In this document: piece after piece, positions 27,602-37,983 of the stretch
Layout of the letters: each line of letters opens with the position of its first letter
Numbering within the stretch: the stretch's first letter is position 1
DNA from: Dehalococcoidia bacterium
Lineage (GTDB): Bacteria; Chloroflexota; Dehalococcoidia; Lucifugimonadales; QGNO01
Length of the DNA: 64,000 nt
Assembly: GCA_965197965.1 (NCBI GenBank)
Contig: OZ240235.1
Location: 1,189,820 to 1,253,819 of the forward strand
Direction of reading: 5' to 3'
Translations under genes and position numbers: made by a program
The notes under the pieces: model-generated
The model's database searches: none
What the model was told of the DNA's origin: nothing
The model's input: only the letters and a program-made list of their open reading frames with translations

Positions 27602-28568
27602 CTAGTGACCACCTCCCAATTCTATGCTACTTACTATATTAAGGATCACTCTACAGCCCCACTTACAGCCTGTCAAGGGAGTATACATCACACTTTTGAG
27701 TTTTGTTGAGTATTGACATACGGGGACAGTTGTACCTGTTCAGGGATGTTTGTATCTCAATTGCTTCCTCCAAGGCAACGTAGTCATGCCATTCGTTGCC
27801 ATACAATTTGCTAAAGTTAATACTCATTCTCATAAGAGAGCAGATATATATTCCCTTAAAAAACACGTAGCTAAGGTATGTTATTCTCATAGCAATAAGT
27901 GGAGCAGTTGCAAATCAAATGAGAAAGTTCCAGCACGCTTCTAAATCTTGTACATGGGAGGTGTGGCATGTACGGACCGCGAGGAGATTGGAAGTCTGCC
28001 GCCGCCGAGAATCTGCGTCGCATGGGCAGGGGGGACAGCGCTAAGGCGCTCTACGGGGTCAAGGATAAGCCCAAGCGCCAGCACGACGAGCGCCTAGCCC
28101 GCGAATGGCGCAAGAAAGCCAAGCGACAGGCAAGGAGCAACACGCCCCCTACATCCTTCTTTGCCCGGCTGAGAAGACTCCTGCGCCTCTGAGAACGGCA
28201 ACGATAGACGGACGGGTCTAAGGTAAGACAACACCCCCCGCCACCCACCCCTTTCCCATACCTGCACTCTGCCCTTATCCTCTATCCATGAGCACCACCT
28301 GCAAACTACCGCCTGCCAGCATCGGCCCGCGCCATCTCCCTCTCCAGACGGCCCTGCACCGTCTCTCCCTCCTCAATGACAATCGTCGCATCCATGACAG
28401 CTTAGGATTTGTTTTCCCATATTTCCAGAAAAAGTGGGGCGTTCTAGCTTTGGAAGTTGACATAACGTTTGAAACAATTCGACTCCCTGCCCCCTCCCCT
28501 TCCATGAGTACACCGATACCATTTTCTGATAGAGTCGGTAACGCTGGATGAACGCAAAGGAGGGAATC

Positions 28569-29819
28569 ATGGCCGCTAAAGCTCCATCACACATCGTAAT
28601 CAAGGCAGGCACGCTCGCCGACGGCAAGGGCGGCCCATCCCGGCAGGGCATGGCCGTCGTCGCGGAGGGCAGCCGCATCACCCACGTCGTCCCCCAGGCG
28701 GACGTAGCCCTCCCTGAAGGCGCTACCGTGGAGACCTACGACTTCCCGGAAGCCACCCTTGTCCCCGGCCTCGTCGATTGCCATACCCACACCAACATGC
28801 CCGGCGACGGCACCTCCGTCGATGACGTTGGCCTGGAGTCCTACGAAATGCACATACTGCAGGGCGTGAAGCAGGCGCGGCTGGCCCTAGAGACCGGCGT
28901 GACCACCATGCGCGACAACGGCGGCTGGCACAGGAGCGTCTTCTGGCTCAAAGAGGGCATCCGCCGTCAGCTCGTAGCCGGGCCGCGCATACTGGCGTCG
29001 GGAAGGCCCATCACCATGACCGGCGGCCACTGCTGGATGATGGGCTCTGAGGCCGACGGGGTCGACGGCGTGCGCCAGGCCGTGCGGGAGCTGGTCTGGG
29101 AAGGCGCGGACTTCATAAAGGTCATGGCCACCGGCGGCTCCACGCTGGGCAGCATGCCGGAGCGCCCCTCCTACACCGTGGAGGAGTTGACCGCCGTCGC
29201 CGACGAAGCGCATCGCCGCAATCGCCTTGTCGGCGCGCATACCATAGCCACAAAGGGCATCGAGAACGCTCTGGACGCCGGCGTGGACATGCTCATCCAC
29301 TGCACCTTTGTCCAGCCCGACGGCTCCATAAAGTACGACCCTCGCGTCGGGGAGCGCATCGCGTCAACGGGCACCTGGGTCAACCCCACCATCCACGTGC
29401 GGCGCTCCTCCGTCCAGTTGCTGGAAGCGAAGCGTGAGGAGGAGGGACTAACCCCGGCTGAAGAGGTCCAGCTAGTTGAGGCCGTCAAGTCGGTGGACGA
29501 CCGCGTGGAAGTGACCCGCCGCCTCATCAAGGACGGCGCCCAAGTCATAGGCGGCTCCGACTGCGGCTGGTATGTCTACCAGTTCGGCCTGTTCCACAAG
29601 GAGCTGGAGACGCTGGTCATGTCCGGCATGACGCACGGAGACGCTCTGCTCGCCGGAACCAGCGAAGCCGCCAAATCGCTGGGCGTCGCCGATCAGGTGG
29701 GCTCCATCGAGCCGGGCAAAGAAGCCGATTTTCTGCTGACCAACGGCGACCCCACGCAAAACATCAGCCACTTGCAGAACGTCGTCGCCGTGTTCAAAAG
29801 CGGGACCAGGGTGAAGTAG
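28569..29819 (+). CDS. amidohydrolase family protein (metal-dependent, imidazolonepropionase-like)
   Basis: ATG 28569 preceded by AAGGAGGG. GLVDCHTH, GADFIKVMATGG, GAHT, GSDCG motifs. Confidence 0.85.
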   Translation: MAAKAPSHIVIKAGTLADGKGGPSRQGMAVVAEGSRITHVVPQADVALPEGATVETYDFPEATLVPGLVDCHTHTNMPGDGTSVDDVGLESYEMHILQGVKQARLALETGVTTMRDNGGWHRSVFWLKEGIRRQLVAGPRILASGRPITMTGGHCWMMGSEADGVDGVRQAVRELVWEGADFIKVMATGGSTLGSMPERPSYTVEELTAVADEAHRRNRLVGAHTIATKGIENALDAGVDMLIHCTFVQPDGSIKYDPRVGERIASTGTWVNPTIHVRRSSVQLLEAKREEEGLTPAEEVQLVEAVKSVDDRVEVTRRLIKDGAQVIGGSDCGWYVYQFGLFHKELETLVMSGMTHGDALLAGTSEAAKSLGVADQVGSIEPGKEADFLLTNGDPTQNISHLQNVVAVFKSGTRVK

Positions 29820-30250
29820 GGCATCCGCCCCGCCATTCCGAGGAACGGAAGCAACCCGGCCGGCCGCACCGTAGGGGCAACCCTCGTGGTTGCCCCGGCC
29901 GCGCCCCGCCGCGGCCTCCCCTAGCCTGCACCCGGCTATTTCCACTCACTCCCTCCGTCATTGCCTCCATTTCGTCATTGCGAGCGCAGCGAAGCAATCT
30001 GGTGGCGCGGGGCGAGCAACGCGCACTCCCCTCTGTCATTCTGAACGGAGTTCCGCGGAGTGAAGAATCCAAAGCCTCTGTCCGCAAAGCCGCGACGTTT
30101 AATCGAACTGCCCCCTCCGTCATGCCCGTGACGACGAGTACCCAGGGGCGGCGGGGAGCCTGTCATTCTGAACGTAGCTACGCGGAGTTAAGAATCCAAA
30201 GCCTCTGTCTACAAAGCCGCGCCGTTTAATCGAACTGCCCCCTGGGAAGC
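29820..30250. repeat. intergenic hairpin-repeat mosaic
   Basis: GTAGGGGCAACCCTCGTGGTTGCCCC 29871-29896. ATTGC-type 29973-30005. Two GTCATTCTGAACG...GAAGAATCCAAAGCCTCTGTC modules starting at 30045 and 30162. CCGTCATGCCCGTGACGACG hairpin about 30116-30150. Confidence 0.9.
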
Positions 30251-31903
30251 CTAGATCTCTAGGAGCCTAGCCGCCACCACGCGCGCTTCGTCCCAACTCT
30301 GCACCCTCTGGTCTAATGGTACGTGCTTGAGAATATTGAGGGCCTCAAGATTCCTGGCAGGCATCCCGGCCAGGCCCATCACTATGCAGCCGGTTTCGTA
30401 GCTCGTGGCGGTCTCGATGAGTCGCTCGATCACCATGGCCGCACTCTCGTCTATGTAAACCGTGTTGGAAAAGTCCAGAATCACGACCTCGTGCTCACGG
30501 ATGTCTTCGCCAATGGTGTCCAACAGCTTCCTGGACGATGCGACGGTAAAGGAGCCTCTCAGCGCAACCAGTCCAACCCTGGCCGAGAAGTCTTCCAGAT
30601 CGTCCTCTCTCGCTCTGCCGCCGAAGAAGCTCTGGTCCAGAATGGGCACTGAGACCACGCTGTCCAGCTCCAGCCTTTCGAACTGGCGCGCGCTGGTTAC
30701 TGCGGCGGCTATCATACCGGCCGCTATAGCGGTGACCAAGTCCAGGAACACGGTGAGACCTAGGGTTAGCAGCATGACCACCATGTGCTCACGCTGAATG
30801 CGGAACAATCTGGTGACAAATCTCCATTCCATGGTGTCCAAGGCAACTTTCATGAGGATGCCCGCCAAGAGGGCGTTGGGAATCTTGGCTACATAGTCTT
30901 CTAGGGCCAGAATCATAACCACCAGGATAACCACGGCAATCACGCCTGCAACAACGGTAGTCCCACCCGCCCTAATGTTGGCTATGGTGCTTGGGGTGGC
31001 CCCGGACCCGGGCAGACCCTGGATGAATCCGGTGACCACGGCGCCTAGGCCCTGGGCAAACAGCTCCTTGTTGGGGTCGTGACGTGCCCGCGTCATGGAG
31101 TCACCCACAAGCGCGGTCAGCAAGGTGTCCGCAGACCCTACAAGGGCTAGGACCATCGCGGGCTCAATGGCGCGCACCAGTGCGTCGAAGGAAAGGGCTG
31201 GCATCTTGAGGACAGGCAGGTCAGTGGGTACGTTGCCGATGGTAGGAGCGTTGCTAAACCATAGGACGGTCACGATTATACCCGCGAAGAGGGCGACCAG
31301 GGTAGACGGCAAATACTTGTCTAGTCTGCTTGGCCATATAATGGCTACGCCAAGGGTGACTCCCGCTATGCCTACGGCGCTGATATCAAAGCCCTCTATT
31401 ATTCCTGAGAAGTTTCGCATAGCTTCAACTGGCCCGCCGGTTACGGGATCAGCTCCCATGAAGGGCAGAATCTGAACCGATAGGATTATTATTCCAACCC
31501 CTGTCATAAACCCGGCTACGACAGAGTAGGGCGTGTAAGATACGAAACGTCCAATTCGCAGAAAGCCGAAAAGCATCTGGATAAGGCCCGCCATGATGAC
31601 AATGGTAAATGCCTGGGCCATGTTTTCAGCGTAGCTGGTGACGATGACGGCCATGGCCACGGTCATTGAACCCGTGGGACCCGATATAAGTGACCTAGTG
31701 CCTCCGAACACGGCGGCAAAGAACCCTACGGCGACCGCTCCGTATATTCCGGCGGCGGGTCCCAGTCCTGATGACACGCCAAATGCCAAGGCCACGGGCA
31801 GACCCACCACAGCCGCAGTGATGCCGCCAAGAACGTCTCCGAACATGGTCTGGAAGCTGTAACGCTGGGGAAGTTGCGCAAGACGATCCAGCAAACCGGT
31901 CAC
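30251..31903 (-). CDS. SulP family inorganic anion transporter with C-terminal STAS domain
   Basis: 550 aa. N-terminal D..GG.TAAVVGLP.ALAF, many TM segments, and an STAS-like C-terminus (VVILDFSNTVYIDESAAMVIERL). Confidence 0.9.
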   Translation of the reverse strand: MTGLLDRLAQLPQRYSFQTMFGDVLGGITAAVVGLPVALAFGVSSGLGPAAGIYGAVAVGFFAAVFGGTRSLISGPTGSMTVAMAVIVTSYAENMAQAFTIVIMAGLIQMLFGFLRIGRFVSYTPYSVVAGFMTGVGIIILSVQILPFMGADPVTGGPVEAMRNFSGIIEGFDISAVGIAGVTLGVAIIWPSRLDKYLPSTLVALFAGIIVTVLWFSNAPTIGNVPTDLPVLKMPALSFDALVRAIEPAMVLALVGSADTLLTALVGDSMTRARHDPNKELFAQGLGAVVTGFIQGLPGSGATPSTIANIRAGGTTVVAGVIAVVILVVMILALEDYVAKIPNALLAGILMKVALDTMEWRFVTRLFRIQREHMVVMLLTLGLTVFLDLVTAIAAGMIAAAVTSARQFERLELDSVVSVPILDQSFFGGRAREDDLEDFSARVGLVALRGSFTVASSRKLLDTIGEDIREHEVVILDFSNTVYIDESAAMVIERLIETATSYETGCIVMGLAGMPARNLEALNILKHVPLDQRVQSWDEARVVAARLLEI

Positions 31904-32082
31904 CTCCAGCGGTATCCTATACAGATAGAGTATTGATGTCTAACGGTGGGCCGCGACCTAGTATCATCAATAACAAGTTCTAAAGTAAAGAGGGTTGACC
32001 TCCAAACGGAAACTGGAAAAATATGAGAGCTTGTGCAAGACTGGTCGACGGTCAAACCCTTGAATAGGCGTGAAAATCAGCC

Positions 32083-33168
32083 ATGTGGCAAGTAACTGAG
32101 CAAGATCTAGAATCAATAGCCATAGGCGCCGGTATACTCGGCACCGGCGGGGGCGGTAATCCATACATAGGGATGCTACGCGCCAGGCAGGCCATACGGG
32201 AGAACGGCCCCGTCAACGTCCTCTCCCCCGGTGAGCTTGGCAACGACGACCAGATCATCTGCGTCGGCGGCATTGGCGCTCCTACGGTTGGTATAGAGAA
32301 GATGCGCGACAAGCAGGCCTACTACGCCCTTCGCGCCATCGAGGAATACACCGGAACCAGGGCCACTTCCCTCGTCTCCAACGAGATCGGCGGTAGCAAC
32401 TCCCTGGAGCCGATCATCCCCGCCGCCATGTCCGGCCTTCCCGTGGTGGACGCCGACGGCATGGGCCGCGCCTACCCTGAGTTCCAGATGAAGACCTATT
32501 TTGTCTATGGCGTTCCCTACGTCCCCATGGCCGTCTCCGACGAAAAGGGGAACACCGCAATCATCCCGGAGGCAATCAGCGCCAAGTGGGTGGAGCGCAT
32601 GGCGCGCGCCCTCACTATCCAGATGGGCTGTGTGGCTTGCTACGCCATTGCGCCGATGACCGCGGAACAGATACACAACACTGCCGTGCTCGATTCGTTG
32701 ACCTTGACCAAGAAGCTGGGAGACGCTGTGAAGAGGGCGCGTCGCCAGCATGAGGACCCGATCGACGCCATTCTGGAGGCCCATCCCGGAAAAGTGCTGT
32801 TCCAGGGCAAGATCGCCGACCTGGAGCGCCGCACAACCCAGGGCTTCGCGCGCGGAAACGTCACCATAGAAGGCATGGGGCAATACAACGGCGATCGCAT
32901 GCGAATAGAGTTTCAGAACGAGAATCTGATCGCCAGCATCGACGGCGAGGTCGTCTGCATAGTCCCGGACCTGATCTGCGTCGTCGATACGGAGCGCGGC
33001 GAGCCGATAACGACGGAGCTGTTGCGCTACGGGTTCCGCGTCACCGTGCTCGGCTTTCCCGGGCCTCACCTCTGGACTGCTCCGCCAGGATTGGCCGTGG
33101 CTGGGCCCAAAGCCTTTGGCTACGACGTGGAATTCACCCCGCTGGCGCTGGATGGGAACGGCCACTGA
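32083..33168 (+). CDS. DUF917 domain protein (hydantoinase-associated)
   Basis: 361 aa. IAIGAGILGTGGGGNPYIG and VVDADGMGRAYPE are characteristic of DUF917. Confidence 0.8.
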   Translation: MWQVTEQDLESIAIGAGILGTGGGGNPYIGMLRARQAIRENGPVNVLSPGELGNDDQIICVGGIGAPTVGIEKMRDKQAYYALRAIEEYTGTRATSLVSNEIGGSNSLEPIIPAAMSGLPVVDADGMGRAYPEFQMKTYFVYGVPYVPMAVSDEKGNTAIIPEAISAKWVERMARALTIQMGCVACYAIAPMTAEQIHNTAVLDSLTLTKKLGDAVKRARRQHEDPIDAILEAHPGKVLFQGKIADLERRTTQGFARGNVTIEGMGQYNGDRMRIEFQNENLIASIDGEVVCIVPDLICVVDTERGEPITTELLRYGFRVTVLGFPGPHLWTAPPGLAVAGPKAFGYDVEFTPLALDGNGH

Positions 33169-33360
33169 CACCTTGGGAGACCCTTGCACAACTGCCCGCC
33201 ACAAGCCCAAACTGTCATTCTGAGCGCAGCGAAGAATCTGCGTCGCAGGGAGACAAGCGGACATATCGGCAAGACGCACACCCAACCACCCGCCAGCCCG
33301 TCCATCCCCCCACACCGTCTTTCCTACGCAGGCAGGAACCTAGGGGCGGCGGGGCGGGAA
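33169..33360. repeat. intergenic hairpin repeats
   Basis: GTCATTCTGAGCGCAGCGAAGAATC 33214-33238, plus a degenerate CCGTC...GGGGCGGCGGGG module about 33316-33355. Confidence 0.75.
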
Positions 33361-33413
33361 GTGACGATAGGACGCTTTAGGCGTGGTGGGTCTATCCCAA
33401 CAGAGGACAGGAT

Positions 33414-33959
33414 ATGAACCAAGCCGTCAACAGAAAGCTGAAACTGTACATTGCCACAAGCATGGACGGTTACATTGCAGGGCCCAACGGTGAAATCGAC
33501 TGGCTGGAGGCCGCGGGCAACCTGGACTACGGCTACCACGATTTCTACTCCTCCATAGACACCACTGTGATGGGCAGCTCCACTTACAAGCTGACCCTAA
33601 CCGTTGAGGAGTTCCCTTACGCGGACAAGGCCAACTACGTGTTCACCAGACACGCGCCCCCTCCGGACACGGCCAACGTACGGTTTGTCTCGAGAGATAT
33701 CGCCTCCTTCGTGGAATCGTTGAAAAGCTTGCCAGGGAAAGACATATGGCTTGTTGGAGGGGAACAAATCAACACCGTTATGCTCAACGCGGGACTCATA
33801 GACGAGATCATACTCACCGTCTTTCCCTTGGTCTTAGGAGACGGCATCCCCCTCTTTGCTCCCGGAGCAAAACGGACCGGCTTCCGCGCCACCGGCTGCC
33901 AGTCCTATGAAACCGGCCTTGTCCAGTGGCGAATGACCAACACTCAGTCACCCTTGTAG
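33414..33959 (+). CDS. dihydrofolate reductase family protein (RibD C-terminal domain)
   Basis: 181 aa. KLKLYIATSMDGYIAGPNGEIDWL, IWLVGGEQI, DEIILTVFPLVLGDGIPLF. Confidence 0.8.
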   Translation: MNQAVNRKLKLYIATSMDGYIAGPNGEIDWLEAAGNLDYGYHDFYSSIDTTVMGSSTYKLTLTVEEFPYADKANYVFTRHAPPPDTANVRFVSRDIASFVESLKSLPGKDIWLVGGEQINTVMLNAGLIDEIILTVFPLVLGDGIPLFAPGAKRTGFRATGCQSYETGLVQWRMTNTQSPL

Positions 33960-33987
33960 AATAGCCGGCAGAAAGGTTGTACAACAC

Positions 33988-35526
33988 ATGCGCATTGGCA
34001 TAGACGTAGGCGGAACCAATACGGACGCAGTCCTTCTGGAAGGCGCAAAGCTGGTGGCCCAGGCAAAACGCCCCACTACGGCGGACGTTACCTCAGGCAT
34101 CTTTGCCGCCCTAAAGGCCATCCTTGAATCCGGTCCGCGAGGCGCATCCATTGAAGCCGTGATGCTTGGCACAACCCACTTCACCAATGCCCTGCTGGAG
34201 CGCAAGTCCCTTTCCCCTACGGCCACCCTCCGCCTCTGCCTGCCGGCCACTACGCTGTTGCCTCCATTGATAGACTGGCCCGACGAACTCAGGGAGGCCA
34301 TTGGCGGGCATACCTACATGGTGCGCGGCGGCCATGAGTTCGATGGCCGGGAGATATCCGAAACCGACCATGAGGAGATACGACGCGCTGCTAGAGATAT
34401 GCTCGACAAAGGCGTGCGGGCCGTGGCGGTGAGCGGGGTGTTTTCTCCCGTGGACACCTCTCACGAGCAGCAGGCGGCGGACATCATCAGAGAGGAGGCG
34501 CCCCATCTCAGGGTAACGCTTTCATCAGACATAGGCCGCGTAGGCATATTGGAGCGGGAGAACGCCGCCACTTTGAACTCCTGCCTGGTGGAAATGGCGG
34601 AGCGCACCATCCACGGCATCCAGGATGCCGCCAAGTCGCTGGGACTGGACGCTCCCCTGTTCCTCAGCCAGAACGACGGCACCCTGATGGACGCCGCATT
34701 CGCTGTGCGCTATCCCGTGTTCACCATCGCTTCCGGTCCCACTAACAGCATGAGAGGAGCCGCCTTCCTTTCCGGCGTACGCGACGGTATCGTTATCGAC
34801 GTAGGAGGCACCTCCACCGATGGCGGTGCGCTGGTCGGCGGATTCCCCCGTGAAGCCTCAATCGCAGTCAACGTGGCAGGTGTGCGCACCAACTTCCGCA
34901 TGCCCGACGTGTTCTCCATCGCCCTGGGAGGAGGCAGCATCATAAAGAGCAATCCTCTGCGCATAGGTCCTCAGAGCGTTGGCTATCGCCTGGTTGAGCA
35001 GGGGCTGGTCTTCGGTGGGTCCACCAGCACCGCTACCGACGTAGCTGTCGCCGCCGGCCTTGCCGATATAGGCGATGCAAGCGCCGTCGGGACTCTGGAC
35101 AAATCCCTGGTGAACGAGGCCATGGCCCAAATCCAGTGTAAGCTGGAGGATGTGGTCGACCAGCTGAAGCTCAGCGCCGCCGCCGTACCAGTGGTACTGG
35201 TGGGCGGCGGGAGCATTCTGGTCAAGGGCTCCCTTGCCGGCGCATCCGAGGTGCTGCGGCCCGACCACGCCGAGGTTGCCAATGCCATAGGTGCGGCCAT
35301 TGCCCAGGTTGGTGGCCAGGTGGAGAAAGTCTACTCCCTTGCCGACGTAAGCAGGGAAGAGGCGCTCTCCAATGCAAAGCAAGAGGCCTTGGATAAAACA
35401 ATAGGCGCGGGTGCAGATCCCTCGACGCTAGAAATCGTCGAAGTGGAAGAGGTGCCGCTGGCTTACCTGCCCAGCAACGCCGTGCGTGTCCGCGTCAAGG
35501 CCGTGGGAGACCTGGTCGGCGTCTGA
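33988..35526 (+). CDS. hydantoinase/oxoprolinase family protein
   Basis: 512 aa. MRIGIDVGGTNTDAVLL, IASGPTNS, VIDVGGTSTD. Confidence 0.85.
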   Translation: MRIGIDVGGTNTDAVLLEGAKLVAQAKRPTTADVTSGIFAALKAILESGPRGASIEAVMLGTTHFTNALLERKSLSPTATLRLCLPATTLLPPLIDWPDELREAIGGHTYMVRGGHEFDGREISETDHEEIRRAARDMLDKGVRAVAVSGVFSPVDTSHEQQAADIIREEAPHLRVTLSSDIGRVGILERENAATLNSCLVEMAERTIHGIQDAAKSLGLDAPLFLSQNDGTLMDAAFAVRYPVFTIASGPTNSMRGAAFLSGVRDGIVIDVGGTSTDGGALVGGFPREASIAVNVAGVRTNFRMPDVFSIALGGGSIIKSNPLRIGPQSVGYRLVEQGLVFGGSTSTATDVAVAAGLADIGDASAVGTLDKSLVNEAMAQIQCKLEDVVDQLKLSAAAVPVVLVGGGSILVKGSLAGASEVLRPDHAEVANAIGAAIAQVGGQVEKVYSLADVSREEALSNAKQEALDKTIGAGADPSTLEIVEVEEVPLAYLPSNAVRVRVKAVGDLVGV

Positions 35527-36019
35527 GCCACCCCGGCTCCACCCTGCCCCCAGCCAAACGGGCAAACGGGGGTTGGGTGTCATTCTGAACGGAGCTCCGG
35601 CGGAGTGAAGAATCCAAAGCCTCTATCAGCAAAGCCGCGCTGTTTAATCGACCCGCCCCCCACGTCTTTCCCGCGAAGGCGGGCATCCCTGTGTGGAGGG
35701 AAGCCACAGTCACTCCGTACCGGACACCGCACCGTAGGGGCAACCCTCGTGGTTGCCCCGGCCGCGCCCCGCCGCGGCCTCCCCTGGCCCTGTACACGGC
35801 CTTCTCTCATCCATCGTCATTGCGAACGCAGCGAAGCAATCCGGCGGTGGGGTCGGGCTTGCCCGCTTGCCCATTTGCCCATTTGCCCCGGCCGCGCCCC
35901 GCCGCGGCCTCCCCTGGCCCTGTACACGGCCTTCTCTCATCCATCGTCATTGCGGGGAACCGAAGCAATCCGGCGGTGGGGTCGGGCTTGCCCGCTTGCT
36001 CGCTTGCCCCGGCCCTCCC
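35527..36019. repeat. intergenic hairpin-repeat mosaic with a 130-bp tandem composite
   Basis: GTCATTCTGAACGGAGCTCCGGCGGAGTGAAGAATCC from 35579. GTAGGGGCAACCCTCGTGGTTGCCCC 35734-35759. The composite GCCCCGGCCGCGCCCCGCCGCGGCC...CGTCATTGCG...GCAATCCGGCGG...CTTGCCCGCTTGC occurs twice (35755 and 35885). Confidence 0.9.
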
Positions 36020-36928
36020 TCACAGAAACTCCTGCGCCAGCCAGATCAAAGCCGTCGACGTAACTAGGCTCACCGCCGTGCTGAGCGCTACGGCGCTGGT
36101 CACCCTCTGAGGTCTCGCATCGAACTCCGTTGCCAGTATGGTTACGTACACGGCCGTGGGCATCCCTGCCAGGACAACCACCGTCTGCTGAGTAACGCCG
36201 TCTATCCCCAGGAGCAGCGTCACCCCAAGGGCCAGCAGCGGAGAAAGCAACAGCCGCACTACGGACGCCGCTCCCGCCGGCACGAGGTCCTCCTTCCAAG
36301 AAGCCCGAGCCAGTTGAATGCCCAGCACTATCACCATGGTAGGAATGGCTGCATCCGCCAGGATATCCAGTGGAATCTCCACCAGGCCCGGCAGCGACAC
36401 CTTGAACGGATTCAGCACCAGGGCAGCGATCACGGCGTAGAAAATGGGAAGCCGCAGCACCGTAATCAACCCCTGTTTTACGCCCAACTTGCCGCTGGAC
36501 GCAACGTATATAGCCAGCGTTCCCGCCATTAAAGATTGCGGGGCAAAGAACAGTATGGCCCGTTCCAGTCCCGCTTCTCCAAAGGCGAACAGAGCTACCG
36601 GAAGCCCGTAGTTGGCTGCGTTCATGAACATGGTGCTGAGCAGAAAAGCGCTGCGGTCCTGCCCCTTTAGTCCGGCTCTCCAGCTTATTAGAAAGCAAGA
36701 AGCATAGAAAATCGGTCCCCAGACCGCCTGAAACGCAAAGACGTTCACCACGTCCCTGGTGGGTATCTCCGCATCGTAAAGCGAAGCAAAGACCAGCGCG
36801 GGAGAGAACACGTAGAGGGCCAGCCTGCCCACGGAGCGCGCGTCAATGTGCAGAGTGCGGCCCAAGACCGCACCCACTCCCGCCATGATGAATACGGGTA
36901 AGACCGCATTGCCCAGAATGTTAAACAC
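36020..36928 (-). CDS. AEC (auxin efflux carrier) family transporter
   Basis: 302 aa. MFNILGNAVLPVFIMAGVGAVLGR and about 10 TM segments. Confidence 0.85.
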   Translation of the reverse strand: MFNILGNAVLPVFIMAGVGAVLGRTLHIDARSVGRLALYVFSPALVFASLYDAEIPTRDVVNVFAFQAVWGPIFYASCFLISWRAGLKGQDRSAFLLSTMFMNAANYGLPVALFAFGEAGLERAILFFAPQSLMAGTLAIYVASSGKLGVKQGLITVLRLPIFYAVIAALVLNPFKVSLPGLVEIPLDILADAAIPTMVIVLGIQLARASWKEDLVPAGAASVVRLLLSPLLALGVTLLLGIDGVTQQTVVVLAGMPTAVYVTILATEFDARPQRVTSAVALSTAVSLVTSTALIWLAQEFL

Positions 36929-37150
36929 TTGCCGCCTTACAATATCACATGGCCTGCTCTAACCTTGCTACAATCGATGCTGGATTTCCCATCGCTGCCG
37001 TTTTCAGTAAAACGGGAGCAATCGACCAAAGGTGATCCCAAGCCCGCTCATGGTGAGCTTAGAGTTTATCCTGAGCACAGCCGAAGGGAACCATTTGAGC
37101 GGAGAGATAGCCATTAGCCAAGACACCCAGTGAGCCTCTAAAATGTCATC

Positions 37151-37858
37151 ATGTGCGGTAGATTTACACTGATCAGTGACAGGCAAGGAATCCAGCAGCG
37201 ATTCGGGGTTTCCACGGAAGGGATAGACCTTTCCCCCAAGTACAACGTGGCGCCGGCTCAAGAGGTGCTCATCATTACCAACGAAGGCAAGAGTCGCGCC
37301 GAGTTGGTGCGCTGGGGCCTGGTGCCCTGGTGGGCCAAAGACGTCTCCGTGGGCAACCGCATGATCAACCTGCGAGACGACTCCCTGGAGAAGCCGCGTT
37401 TCCGCGGCATGTTTCAGAAGAGGCGCTGCTTGGTCCTAGCCGACGGCTTCTACGAGTGGCTTCGTGAGGGACCGCGACGTATACCGCTGCGTTTCGTACT
37501 CAAGTCGGGAAACCTCTTCGCCTTTGCCGGGCTGTGGAGCGTGTGGAAATCGCCGGAAGGCCAGTGGCTGCGCAGCTGCTCCATCATCACCACGGGGCCC
37601 AACGTCCTCATGGAGCAGGTGCACAACCGCATGCCCGTCATTTTGCCCAGAGATGACGAAGAGCTATGGATCGACCCCGGAGTTGCCGACGCTGCGCCGC
37701 TGTTGGGCCTACTCAAACCCCTCGACGCCTCTGAGATGGACGCTTACGAGGTGTCCACCCTGGTCAACTCCGCATACAACGACGACCCCGAGTGCATAGC
37801 CCGCGTGCCTGAAAGCCACGGCGGAACGTCACAAAGCGGCCGGCAACTGTCCTTCTAA
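37151..37858 (+). CDS. SOS response-associated peptidase (SRAP/YedK family)
   Basis: N-terminal MCGRF with catalytic Cys2. YNVAP, W.L.PWWAK, ADGFYEW, NRMPVIL. Confidence 0.9.
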   Translation: MCGRFTLISDRQGIQQRFGVSTEGIDLSPKYNVAPAQEVLIITNEGKSRAELVRWGLVPWWAKDVSVGNRMINLRDDSLEKPRFRGMFQKRRCLVLADGFYEWLREGPRRIPLRFVLKSGNLFAFAGLWSVWKSPEGQWLRSCSIITTGPNVLMEQVHNRMPVILPRDDEELWIDPGVADAAPLLGLLKPLDASEMDAYEVSTLVNSAYNDDPECIARVPESHGGTSQSGRQLSF

Positions 37859-37898
37859 CGGCTTCCCCCACTCATCCCTATGGCGCAACTCCCGCACC

Positions 37899-37923
37899 GT
37901 AGGGGCAACCCTCGTGGTTGCCC
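37899..37923 (+). repeat. GTAGGGGCAACC hairpin repeat
   Basis: GTAGGGGCAACCCTCGTGGTTGCCC, the same element as at 2093, 2892, 24135, 24332, 29871 and 35734. Confidence 0.85.
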
Positions 37924-37983
37924 TGCCCTGTACCTGGCCGTTCCCGCACCCCGCCTCCTCCCCCTCCTACCTATGACGCAATC

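Noticed and set aside
27968-28192. 74-aa highly basic ORF (+) at the right edge of the AT-rich islet
   Set aside because: It has an ATG with GGGAGG upstream, so it could be real. However, the sequence is low-complexity Arg/Lys-rich with no family resemblance. It is not reported as a feature and is left as an open possibility.
35527-36110. ORFs 35605..36063, 35691..36110, 35753..36067 and similar ones at 24351-24735 and 29794-30229
   Set aside because: They lie entirely inside the hairpin-repeat mosaics. Their peptides (SLRAQRSNP, GNHEGCPY, VGATLVVA) are just translations of the repeats in different frames.
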